64,000 bases of DNA from NCBI GenBank assembly GCA_023144035.1, contig JAGLGM010000001.1:1091-65090 (forward strand), given 5' to 3'. The notes under the pieces were generated by a model, which was not told the origin of the DNA, did no database searches, and was given only the letters and a program-made list of their open reading frames with translations. Shown here piece by piece: positions 28,848-41,900 of the stretch; the first letter of the stretch is position 1, and each line of letters starts with the position of its first letter. Both the position numbers and the translations under genes were made by a program. This DNA comes from Candidatus Pacearchaeota archaeon (GTDB lineage Archaea > Nanobdellota > Nanobdellia > Pacearchaeales > GW2011-AR1).

Positions 28848-29601
28848 ATTAATTATTTTCTTGATAATTATTATGTTAAATTTTTCTGGTTTTGTAACAT
28901 CTATGGATTCAAATGAAAAACCAATTATCACTATTAGTATACTTGATTTTGAATCTCCAGCAAAATTAGGAGATTTTATGGATTTTCAATATTCTTTAGG
29001 AGGTGTCTCAGGTATAAATGACGGGCTTAACATTAACTTTGAGATAGAAAAAAATGAAAAAATAATTTCTTCTGGCTCTGACGCAATTTATCTTAATAAT
29101 ACTCAAGAAGAAATAATAAATACAAAAGTATTTCTTCCTTCAAACTTGGAATCTGGAGTTTATAAATTAAAAATAAATGTAAATTATGAAAATTATAGTG
29201 CAGAATCATACAGAACAATTGAAATAAAAGTTACAAGAGGTATTGCATCAATATCATCTAATAATGAAAATTTAAAAATTTATATTATTATTTTTTTATT
29301 AATCCTTCTAGTATTTTTAACCCTGACTTTTATATATAAATTTGAAAAAAGAAAAATAAATAAGGTTTTTATTAAAGAAAAAAAATTTATTAAAAAACAC
29401 AGATTATCTGTTTTAACATTAGGTTTATTCTTAATTTTAGGAATAATAATATATTATTTAAAATTAATTAATGCTTTACTCGGAGTCCCAATCGCTGTTT
29501 ATTATTCATTTTTAGGGATTTTTTTATTAATCTTCTTAATTAATATTGGTTGTAAAAACAAATATATTAAAAAATTGATTTTTAGAAGAAAAAAAAGATA
29601 A
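28786..29601 (+). CDS. Membrane protein; short paralog of the giant protein's C-terminal anchor module
   Basis: FESPAKLG / SGSDAIY / TKVFLPS / SYRTIEI match FESPVKLG / SGSDVIY / TKIFLPS / SHRTIEI in 29911..42819. Confidence 0.7.
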   Translation: MKNKGVFKLKNKGVFKLKNKGLIIFLIIIMLNFSGFVTSMDSNEKPIITISILDFESPAKLGDFMDFQYSLGGVSGINDGLNINFEIEKNEKIISSGSDAIYLNNTQEEIINTKVFLPSNLESGVYKLKINVNYENYSAESYRTIEIKVTRGIASISSNNENLKIYIIIFLLILLVFLTLTFIYKFEKRKINKVFIKEKKFIKKHRLSVLTLGLFLILGIIIYYLKLINALLGVPIAVYYSFLGIFLLIFLINIGCKNKYIKKLIFRRKKR

Positions 29602-29738
29602 AATAATTCTAAAATTATTAAAAAAAAATAGGTTTTAAAAAGTTATCTTGCCTTATTTTTAATATAAAAAGGGGAATGGGATATAAAAACAAACTATTTA
29701 TTCATAAATTTTATGATACAAAAACCTTTATAATCCCT

Positions 29739-29760
29739 AGTTACTTAGTTACTTAGTAAC
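29739..29760. promoter_or_regulatory. Probable autoregulatory operator (TAGTTACT repeats with inverted AGTAAC)
   Basis: TAGTTACTTAGTTACTTAGTAAC between a TTTATAA box and the ATG of a small RHH-like gene. Confidence 0.5.
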
Positions 29761-29762
29761 CT

Positions 29763-29909
29763 ATGAAATCCAAAACAATTAAGATAAAAGAGGAAAATTA
29801 TAAATGGCTTCTTAAGATAGCTTCAGATATTCAAAAAAAAGTCGGGAGACCTGTTTCATTTGATGAGGCACTGACAAAAATAAAAAAGGAAAATAAGGAA
29901 AAAAAATAA
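29763..29909 (+). CDS. Small RHH/antitoxin-like DNA-binding protein (48 aa)
   Basis: Manual translation MKSKTIKIKEENYKWLLKIASDIQKKVGRPVSFDEAL...; stop is 1 nt before the giant ORF. Confidence 0.65.
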   Translation: MKSKTIKIKEENYKWLLKIASDIQKKVGRPVSFDEALTKIKKENKEKK

Positions 29910-29910
29910 A

Positions 29911-32900
29911 ATGAGCTATAAAGGGGTTATAAAATTTAGGAGAGTGAAAATCAAAAAAGATCCTCTTCCAAAAGAAAAAATCATATTCTCTATTTTTTTA
30001 GGACTTTTTTTCTTTATTCTTATGGTATCTTTTTTTAATAATGCAAATCTTTGGAATACAGGAAGTGTAATTTCTGAAAATACAGGAGAATCAAAAAATA
30101 CAGCTATTATAAATTTTGTAATTGAATTAACAGATGCTAAGCATTTAGATTTTAATAAAAATTTTATATCAAATATTTATGAAGAAGTGAGAGAATTAGA
30201 CAATATTTGGAGCAAACAAATTTCTTCTGAAGAATATATTAGAGTAACTTTTGAAGAAAACTTAACTTCAAAAAAAGATATTACAATTTATCCAAGAATA
30301 ATTTCAGGAGATCCAAGAATTGAAGTTTATGAAACAAATGAAACACAATTAATTGCTGAATTTACAAATCTTATTTCAAACGAATATAACAAGGTTTTCT
30401 TGACAAAACTTATAGGAAAGCAAGATACATTTGATTTATTGATTTTAGGAGGAAGTTTAATCATTGATCACATTATTGATCCTGAAGAAATATTAACTCC
30501 TCTTTTACATGCAAACAGCCAATTAAATTCAGTGGCTCTAGATTCTGCCCAAATAACTGCAATTACATCTGATGATGCAAGTGATATTACAATTGGCAAA
30601 GCAATAATCTTAACAGTAGAAATGAGTGAATTGTCAGGAACAATAGATACTCTAACTGACGCAAACTGTAGCTTAGTTTATTCAACAGCAACAAGCTATC
30701 CTGCTGACTCTATAACTTTTGAAGTTTATGATAGTTTTGGAGGAAACCAAGTAGCTATTTCAACTCTTCCAGCTTCTGATGGAGTTGATTCATTAGTTCA
30801 TCTTTTAGATTTAGAAACAACAGGTTTGGCAGCCTCAGAAGTTACTACAATGGTAGTTTATGTAACAAATACTATTGCAGCAAAAGGTTATAATCTTTTA
30901 GTAGATCAAATATATTGTACTATTGATTACACAGAAGCAGTACCAAACACTCCTCCAACACTTTCAGGACTTCCAGAGGTCAATGATGATGAGGATTTTG
31001 GAACAAATAATTCAGTAATGGATTTATGGGATTATGCTTCTGATGCTGAAGATGCTGATAGTGTATTAACATATGGGATTAATAGTGAAAGCGAAACCTC
31101 AATTGTAGATTGTGATATCTATGATTCTCATTATATTACCTGTACTTCTCAAGCAAATGCTTCAGGTTACAGTGATGTGAATGTTTCTGTAACAGATACA
31201 GGAGGATTAAAAGATAGTGATGTATTTAGATTTACAGTTAATACTATCAATGATGATCCTTGGTCAGATTCAATTGCAAATCCTGCATCAATAAATGAAG
31301 ATTCAGGACTTAATGACAATATTGTAAGTATAACTACAATAAACACTGCATTTAGAGATGTTGAAGAGGACCAATCTCCAACAAGTTGTACTATTGCTTC
31401 TGAAACAGACACGACTGCAGTTGATTGTGAAGTAGATGGAAGCTATAATGTAGATTGTACTACTCAGGCAAATCAGTCAGGAAGCAATATAGTAACATTA
31501 AACTGTTGTGATTCTGGAAGTTCATGCACTGATATGGATACTTTTACAGTAACAGTAGATGCTGTAAATGACAATCCTTGGAATGATGGGTTGTCTAATC
31601 CAGGCAATGTTAATGAAGATTCAGGACTTGCTGATAATATAATTACAAAAGCAACACTAGACAACACATTCAGAGATGTTGAAGAGGACCAATCTCCAAC
31701 AAGTTATGCTATTCAAAGCCAGACAGGAAGTTCAATAATAAATTGTGCATTAGATGGAAGCAATAATATAGACTGCACTACTCAAGCAAATCAGTCAGGA
31801 AGTAATATAGTAACAGTAAGATTATCTGACAGCGGAACATTATATACAGAAATGACATTCACAATCACAGTAGATTCTATAAATGACCAACCATGGGTTG
31901 ACGGCTTATCAGACCCAACAAATTTAAGTTATAATTCTGGATTAAATCAAGATGTTATTTCCTCAACAGAAATTGATGATAATTTTAGAGATGTAGAAAA
32001 TGACCAAAACCCATCAAGCGTGGTTATATTATCTCAAACCCATACTGAAATAGTTAATTGTGAATTAGATGGACATGCTTTAGATTGTACAACTCAAACA
32101 AACCAGCATGGAATCTCTACTGTTACACTAAATTACACCGACGCTGAAGGATTAAGCATAACAGATTCCATGGATATAAGCATAACACCAGACACAACAA
32201 CACCAACAATCCAAGTTCAATCTCCGACAAATAATTCTTATACAGTATCTACAATTTATTTCAATGCTACTGCGAGTGAAACTATAGATACATGGATTGT
32301 AAATTATAATGGAACAAATATAACCCACACTATCAATACTTCACTAGAAGTTGAAGATGGAAACCATAACCTATTGTTGTATGCTAATGATTCTGCTAAT
32401 AATTTTGGATTAAATGATACAATTTACTTTACTGTAGATACTCAAGAACCAAGTTTAAGCAATGAATTTTCTAATGAAACAGAAATATCACAAAATGAAT
32501 TGTTCTGCCTAAATATAACTGTAACAGATTCTCTAAATTCAATTGATACTGTCTATGCAGAAGTTTGGGATACTAGTTCTTGGGCAAATTATTCAATGTC
32601 CGAAGATGGAACATCTTGTAGTGGAACTTCTATTGATGGAATTTATGGTGTAGAAATAATTGGAAGCAATGTAGGATTATGGAATTATAGTAAGGTTTAT
32701 GCAAATGATAGCTTAAATAATTTAAACAGTTATGATTTTTCAGATTTAACAATAAATGTAACTGCTCCTGCAGATTCTACTTATCCTCAATTTGCAAATT
32801 TCCAAACATATCCTTCAAATAATTCAGAATATTCTCTAAATTATAATTATCAATTTAATTCAACAATAACTTTTACTAATTCAACAGTTTATCTAAGTTT

Positions 32901-35900
32901 TAATGGGGAAAATTATAGTGCAACAAATGATACAGTAGATAATTTTTATGTTAATACTGGATCTATATCAGCAGGAACTTATGATTATTTTTGGTGGAGT
33001 TATGGAAATGGTTCTTTAAAAAATTATAATCAAAGTAACACAAAAGATTATACTATTGCAACAAATAATTCTGATTGTCAAGTATTATTTAATGAAACAT
33101 CTTCACTTGAATATGGAAATAGTTTTAGAGTATACACAGATTGTGACTCAACTTTTACACTTTATAAAAATGGAACAACAATAGATAATAATTCAGAACA
33201 AAATTTAGGAGCAGATGCTTATAATTTCACAGTTCAAAGAGCAGATGCTACAAACTATACAAATTATTATGATGAAGCACAGTTTATAATAAGTCAAGCT
33301 ACTCCTGTTATGACATATTATCTAAATAGTGTACAAAATAATATTTCACTTAATTATCCAGGAACAATTAATGCATCAGCGTATACAACAGTTGGAACAA
33401 TAAACATTTACAGAAATGGAACAAGTGTAACAAGTGAAAATAATTTAGATATTAATCTTGTTGCAGGATATTATGAATATTTATTTAATGTTACAGGTAA
33501 TGCAAATTACTCAGATGTTTCAAATGAATATTTATACTTTGAACTTAACCAAAGCACATCTGATTGTCAAGTATTATTTAATGAAACATCTTCACTTGAA
33601 TATGGAAATAGTTTTAGAGTATACACAGATTGTGACTCAACTTTTACACTTTATAAAAATGGAACAACAATAGAGAATAATTCAGAACAAAATTTAGGAG
33701 CAGATGCTTATAATTTCACAGTTCAAAGAGCAGATGCTACAAACTATACAAATTATTATGATGAAGTACAATTTATAATAAATCAAGCAATTGGAGAAGT
33801 AGCTACATATATTGATAACTTAAGAAATAATAATTCTGTGCTTTTAAATACTGAAAGATGGCTTAATGCAACTATTATAAATCCTAATTCTGGTAATATA
33901 AAATTATATTATGATGATAATCTAATAAATCAAGGAAATTCCCCTTTATCTAATCTAACTAATTTTACTAGCGAAGGAGTATTTAATATAAGTGCTATTT
34001 ATGATGGAAATGAAAATTATACTTCAGATATTGAAACTTGGTGGGTTACAGTAAGTTCAGATTCTGCACCTACAATAAATATAATTTATCCAGAAAATAC
34101 ATTTTACAACACAGACATAATTGTTTTAAATTATACAGTTGTGGACGATATAGACTTAAGCCATTGTTGGTATAGTTTGAATAATGGAACTACTAATTCT
34201 TCTTTTGATTCTAATTGTGCTAATGTAACAGGATTAACTGCAAATCAAGGAAGCAATACTTGGTTTGTATATGCAAATGATTCAATAGGACAAGAAAGTT
34301 TAGACTTTGTAACCTTTACAAAAGACACTATTTATCCAAACTTTACAAGTTATGAAAAAAACCCAGCAACACCAAATGAAGACCAAGATATTCAAGTTAA
34401 TGTTACAATAACAGAATCAAATATAGATAAAGTTATTTTAGAATGGGACTCTACAAACTATACTATCACAACTTCAAATAATAATGAATATTATTTTACA
34501 ATTAACAACGGAAACTATACAGCACATGATTCTGTAACATATTATTGGTATGCAAATGACACTGCAGGAAATATAAATAAATCAACACAACAATCTTTTA
34601 CAGTTGCAAATCAAATACCCTCGGTCTCAGCGCCAGAAGTAAATAACACAACTCCTTATACTAATGATTTAATTTCATGTAACTCAGGAACTTTCTCTGA
34701 TGATGATGCAGAAGATACTGAACAAGCAAGATATTTTAAGTGGTATGACACAGATGTTGAAATTTCAGGGCAAACTTCTCAAACTTTAGATTTAACAACA
34801 GCTGGATTGGACAAAGGAGATGTAATCTTATGTTCAATAAGAGTTTATGACGGGTATGATAATTCTTCATATCAAAACTCAAGTAATTCGGCAACAATAC
34901 AAAATTCTAATCCAATTATTTCAAATTTACAAACAACTGTAAGTTGGAATGCTAATGGTTCAACTTATACATATGATTATGAAGTCACAGATTTAGATTC
35001 TGATTCTTTTATATGGTATGATAACACAACTTTATTTAATATAAATTCTGGAACAGGTGTAATTTCAGATATACCTACAGAAAATGAAGCAGGAACTTAT
35101 TTAATTGAAATAAATGTTTCAGATGGAACAGTTAATACAACAGATATTTTTAGTTATACAATAAATGATGTGGGTTCTCCAAACATAGATTTCCAACCGC
35201 CAACAGAAACAAACGAATCCCAATTAACAAGAGATTACATACAAGTAAATATAACTGCTTCTGACAGCATTGGAATAGATACAATAACAATTTATTTATA
35301 CAATCAAACATCTCTTGTAAATGAGACAACAAATCCAACTTCACCTTACTTTGTTAACTTTACAAATTTACCAGATGAATTTTATTATTTCAACGCCACT
35401 GTTAATGATACTTCTGGAAATACAAATCAAACAGAAACAATAACTGTTTCAACAGATACAGGAGCTCCAACAATAAATTCTGTGGCTCCTACAGAAACTT
35501 CAGGAATTCACAAGAACCAAAACTATGTTGAAGTAAATGTTACTGCTTCTGACCCTAATCTTGATAAAATTATTATAAGATTATATAATTCAGCACATAC
35601 ACAAATAGACTCAACTACAACATCATCTTCTCCGAATTTTGCAAATTTCACAGGATTAAATAATGGATTATATTATTATAATGTCACAGCTAATGATACT
35701 TTTGGAAATACTGATTCATTAGAAACAAAGAATATTACTTTAGATACAACAAAGCCATCTGTGTTATATAACCCAAGTACAGATGCAGATAATTCTTTTG
35801 TAAACAGAAACTGGATTTTAATAAACATATCAGCAAATGATACTAATTTAGATTCTGCGAGAATGGAATTTGATTCAACAAATGAAACTTTTGCTAACAA

Positions 35901-38900
35901 TGACGAAAATAATTACTGGGAAAACAAAACTTCACTTTCTAATGGAGATTATAGTTTTTATAGTTGGGCAAATGATAGTGCTGAAAATTACAATTTTACA
36001 ACAACAAGAACTGTAACAGTTGATACAATAAATCCTCTAATTGATTTTGCTATAGAAACTTCCATAAATAACTCAAATTTATCACAAAATTATATTTTTG
36101 TAAATGCAACTCTCACAGAAACAAATTTCCAAAATATTACTTATAAATTATATAATTCAACCTCATTAGTAAATGAAACAATTTACACAACCCAAACATT
36201 AAACATCAACTGGACATTACTACCAAATGAAATTTATACATATAATATAACAACTTCTGATAAAGCTTCAAATTTAAATTCAACTGCGACAAGAACAATA
36301 ACATTAGATACTGTACTTCCTCAACTAAATATAATTTATCCTCAAAGTAACACTTATACTGTAGATATCACTCAGTTAAATTATACTTATACAGAAACAA
36401 TTCCAGACAAATGCTGGTGGTCAAATAATTCTGGAATATGGAATTCCTCACTGCAAACCTGCGGAACAAATTGGACAGGATTAACATCAAATGAAGGAAG
36501 CAATACATGGACAATTTATATGAATGACTCAGCAGGAAATGAAAATTCAACAAGTGTTATCTTTACAAAAGACACTGCTTATCCTGCTGTAACAATAAAC
36601 TCTCCCCTTAATCAAACTTATGATACAACCACTATATTATTTAATGTAACAGCAACAGATGGGGGAGGAATAAGTGCTTGTGAGTATAGTTTAAGTGATG
36701 GTTTAGACAATAATTCAATGAGTCAATCAGGAAATTTCTGGACAGCCACAAACTCGTCTATGATTCAGGGTTCTCATACTGTTAATTTTTATTGTAATGA
36801 TAGTTCTGGAAATTTAAATGACACAAAACAAGAGACTTTCTTTATAGATTCAATTTATCCATTAATATCTTTTACAACAGGAACAGAAAATAATGATACT
36901 AGTCTTGTTAGAAATTGGATTTTTGCAAATGTAACAGTAACAGAAAATAACTTTGAAAATATAACTTATATACTTTACAATTCTACTGAAGAAGTTAATA
37001 CAACAACTTATACTACAGAAATAAAAGAAATAAACTGGACTGGCTTATCAGATGAGGTCTATACTTATAATGTAACAATCTGTGATCTTGTAAATAAATG
37101 TAACACAACTGAAACAAGAACAATAAGATTAGATACTTCAAATCCAGAAATTTACTATAATCCAAACACAGATTCAAATAATTCTTTTGTAAATAAAAAC
37201 TGGGTTTTCATAAATATAACAGCTTCTGATTTAACTAAAGATTCAGTTAGATTAGAATGGGGTGGAACAAATGAAACTTTTAGTAATTCAGATGGAGATT
37301 TATACTGGGAAAATAAAACAGGATTATCAGAAACAGTATACAATTTCTATGCATGGATAAATGATTCTTCAGGAAATTTAAATTCAACTGCGACAAGAAC
37401 AGTTACAATTGATCTCACAAAACCTTCAATAACAAATCTTGTGGAATCTCCTACTGACCCTACAAGCTGGACATCATCATCAACTTATCAATTTAATGCA
37501 ACAATCACAGACACAAACTTAGATACTGTTTTAATTGAATTTGACAATGTAAATTATACTCCAACAAAAACAGGAGATGTTTATAATTTAACATTAAATA
37601 ATCTAGTTGCTGGAAACTACAATTATTATTGGTATGCTAATGATTCTGCAGGAAATGTTAATCAAACTTCAGATAGTTACACTATAAATAAAAATACAGA
37701 AAATTGCCAAATTCTTTTCAATGAATCTTCTCCTCAAACTTATCCTGCAACTTTTTTAGTTTATACAGATTGTAATTCTGATTTTACTTTAACAAAAAAT
37801 GGAACCACAATCTCAAATAATACTGAACAAATCCTATCTGCAAGTGCTTATAATTTTAGTGTTCAAAGAACTGACACAGTAAATTACTCAAATACAATTG
37901 ATGAATCACAATTTATTGTAAATCAAGCAACAGGAAATATCACTTTATTAATTAATGATTCTGCATTAAATCAATCAGGACCTTATGGCACACAAACAAA
38001 TGTAAGTGCAACAACTTCTTACGGAAGTGTTACTTTATATAGAAATGAAACAGAAATTACAAGCGAGAATAATGTTTATGTAACCCTTGCAGCAAATTAT
38101 TATAATTATACAGCATATTCTTCAGGAGACCAAAATCACAGTTCTGCCTCAATAACAAAATTTGTTACAATCACAAAAACAAACAGTGAAATAAATTTAA
38201 CATTAAATGAAACAAGAGGAAATATTACAATAGTTCAAGATTCTGAAATTTATCTTAATACAACAACAATTTCAGGAGATTCTAGCGCTACATTAAAAAT
38301 GTATGACTCTGGCACACTAATTAATCAAGGAAATTCCCCAATTATTAATTTAACCACTTTTAGTTCGGTTGGAGAATTTAATATTACTGGGATTTATGTT
38401 GAAAGTGAAAATTTCACAGGATATTCTGAAACATGGTGGGTAAATGTAACAGAAACCCCTGACACAGAAAATCCAAGTGTTGCTTCCCTAACTAAAACCC
38501 CTTCTAGTCCTACAACTTATTCCCTAAGTCAAATTTATGAATTTAATGCTACTATAACTGATAATAGAAATATCCATACAGTTTTGATTGAATTTGACGG
38601 AACAAACTATACTCCAACAAACCTCGTAGGAAATATTTATAATTTTACCATAAATAACTTATCAGTTGGAAATTATAATTATAGATGGTATGCAAATGAT
38701 ACTTCTGGAAACATGAATAGTACTGAAAATAGTTCTTATATAATAAATCAAGCCACACCTTCTTTAAGTTTAAATGCAAACCCAAGCTGGTCAGAAACTT
38801 ACCTAACACAAACAACTGTAACTGGCTCTGAATGTCCTGCACAATTAACAAGCGAATGTAAATTATATAGAAATGATACAGGAATTGTAGATAATCCTAA

Positions 38901-41900
38901 TATTGTAACACTTGGTGTTGGAATTTACAATTATACTTATAATACAACAGGAAATACAAATTATACTTCTTACTCAAATTCCAGCAATCTAATAATATCT
39001 CAAAATACAGGTTCGTGTAGTATTGTATTTAATGAATCTTCTAGTATAACTTATCCTTCAACATTTAAAGTTTGGACAAATTGCACTTCTGACTTTATTT
39101 TATACAGAAACCAAACAACAATAGATAATAATTCAGAACAAAATTTAGGAGCAGGAGCTTACAACTTTACAGTTATGAGAACAGATGCTACAAACTATAC
39201 AAATTATTATGATGAACAAATATTCCAAATTAACAAAGCAACAGGAGAAGTAGCTACTTATATTGATAATCAACAAAGCAATAAATCTCTTGAACAATAT
39301 ACAGAAATTTATCTCAATGCTACTTTAGAAACTGGAACAGGAAATATTAAACTTTATAACAATGAAACCTTAATTAATCAAGGCTCTTCCCCTTTAAACA
39401 ATTTAACAAACTTTACAATTATAGGACTATATAATATTACTACAATTTATGATGGAAATGAAAATTATACTTCAGATATTGAAACTTGGTGGGTTAATGT
39501 TACAGAAGCAGATGTAACTCCACCACAAATATCAATAATTTATCCACAAAATATTTCTTATTCTGAAATTCAAACGCAATTAAATTACACAGCATCAGAT
39601 AATTTTGGATTAAATTTATGTTGGTATTCGGTAGATAATGGACAAACAAATACAACAAAAAATTGTAATGAAAATATTACTGGCTTAAATTCTGGACAAG
39701 GAAGTTCAACATGGAATGTTTATGCAAATGATTCAAAAAATAATTTAAATTTCTCATCAGTCACATTTTTTGTTGACAGTATTCTTCCTACAATTCAATT
39801 TGAATCTCCAACAGAAACTTCTGGAAATTCTCTGGGAAAAAATTATCTACAAGTTAATGTAACTGCAAGCGATGATAATCTTAACACTATAACATTTTAC
39901 CTTTACAATTCAACATCTTTGGTAAATGAAACATCCTATCTTAGTTTTCCTTATTTTATTAATTACACAGGACTTTCAGCAGAAACTTATTACTTTAATG
40001 CAACAGCAAATGATACTCTTGGAAATAATATCTCAACAGAAACACGAAATATTTCTTTAGTTTTACCAGAATTAACAATCTATAAACCAAATAATGAAAC
40101 TTATATATCTAGTAAAGATATTCCATTAAGATACTCTGCTGAATATGAAGATTATGTATGGTATAATATTAACCAAACAGAAAATATAACAATAACAGGT
40201 AATACAACATTTAACACAACTCAAGGACAACATACACTTTATTTATATGCTAACAATACACTTGGCGAAACAGTAAAAAATGTGAGCTTCAGTGTTGATA
40301 TAGCTAAATTTGTAGTCTTTTATAATGAATTTAAAGATGAAGGAAGCTCAACAGATTTTAATCAATCTTCTTATGAAGATATACAAAATTTAAGTGATAT
40401 AGTTCTTGAAAATGCAGATTATGGAAAAATAGAATTTAATGAAATAATAAATTTAACAGATGATACAAATATAAGTGATAATGAAGCTGATCTTGATACT
40501 TATATAAATATTTCTTCTAATTTGATTGAAATAGATTCAACAGTATTACCTAATTTTAATAAATCTGCTACTCTTTATTTATACAATCTAACATTTATAA
40601 CTCCAAGAATTTTGAAAGATGGAGTAATATGCCCTTCAACAATTTGCACTCAGCAAAGCTATTCTGGAGGAACATTAATATTCAATGTTACAGGATTTAC
40701 AACTTATTCTGCAGAAGAAATTCCTGGAACTCCTACTACTCCTATTACTCCTACTTCTACTTCAACAGGAGGTGGCTGGAGTATTGAATGTATTAAAGAT
40801 TCTGATTGTGAAGAAGAAGACCAAGTTTGTCTAAATAGTAAATGTGTAAAACTTTTCGACATAAAAATAACTAATTTTGAATCTCCTGTAAAATTAGGTG
40901 AATTTTTTGAATTTACTTATTTATTAAAAGGGATGGCAAATATAAGTGGAGATGTTCAAGTTTTATTCTGGATTGAAAAAGAAGGGGAAAGTGTAACTTC
41001 TGGTTCAGATGTAATTTACGTAGGAAATTTTGAAGAAAAAATAGAAACTACAAAAATATTTTTACCAAGCACAGTAGCTTCAGGAACATATCAATTTTTT
41101 GTTAAACTAAACTATGAAGGTTATACAGTTCAATCACACAGAACAATAGAAATAGAAGTTGAAGGAGAAATAGCAAAAATAACCTCGATTGAAGAAATTA
41201 ATTTCCTTAAAAAATATGTAATTTCTTTTTTAATTGGTTTAGCAATACTTATCTTAGGACTCATATTTTACATAGAAAGAAAGAAAATAAAAGAAAAATT
41301 CCTACAAGAAGAAAAATGTATTAAAAAACATAAAACTTCAATCTTAGTATTTTGTTTGTTCCTTGTAATAGGTATTTTAGCTTATTATTTAAAATTATTT
41401 GATTTAGCTGCCAAAACCATTCTCAAATTAATAAAAAGCCCCTATCTTTTTTATATTTTAGGAGCAATTATTCTCTTAATTATTTTAAAGAGATTAATAA
41501 CAATTGCGAAAAAAAGAGAGTTTGTTAATAAATTTAAAAAATGGAAAAACAAAAGAAGAATAAAGAAAAGACTAAAAAAGAAATACAAATCAGAAGTTAA
41601 AAAAATTAAAAAACATCTAAAAACAGTTACAAAAATTCGTGCTGAAAGAAAACAAGAAGCAAGACGCAAACATCGAAAAGAGTATATAAAAGCATTAATT
41701 AGATTCAGAATAAGGAAAAAGAAAAAAGCTACTTCTAAAAAGAGAAAAAAGAAAATTAAAAAATCCCATAAGTTAAAAAGAGAAAAATTTAAAGCAAAAC
41801 TAAAAAAGAAGATTCAGAAATTCTTCTTCAAATTATCTAAATTAAAAATTCTCAAAAAACACAAAGAAAAAATCAAAGAAAAAAGAAAAATAAATAAACC

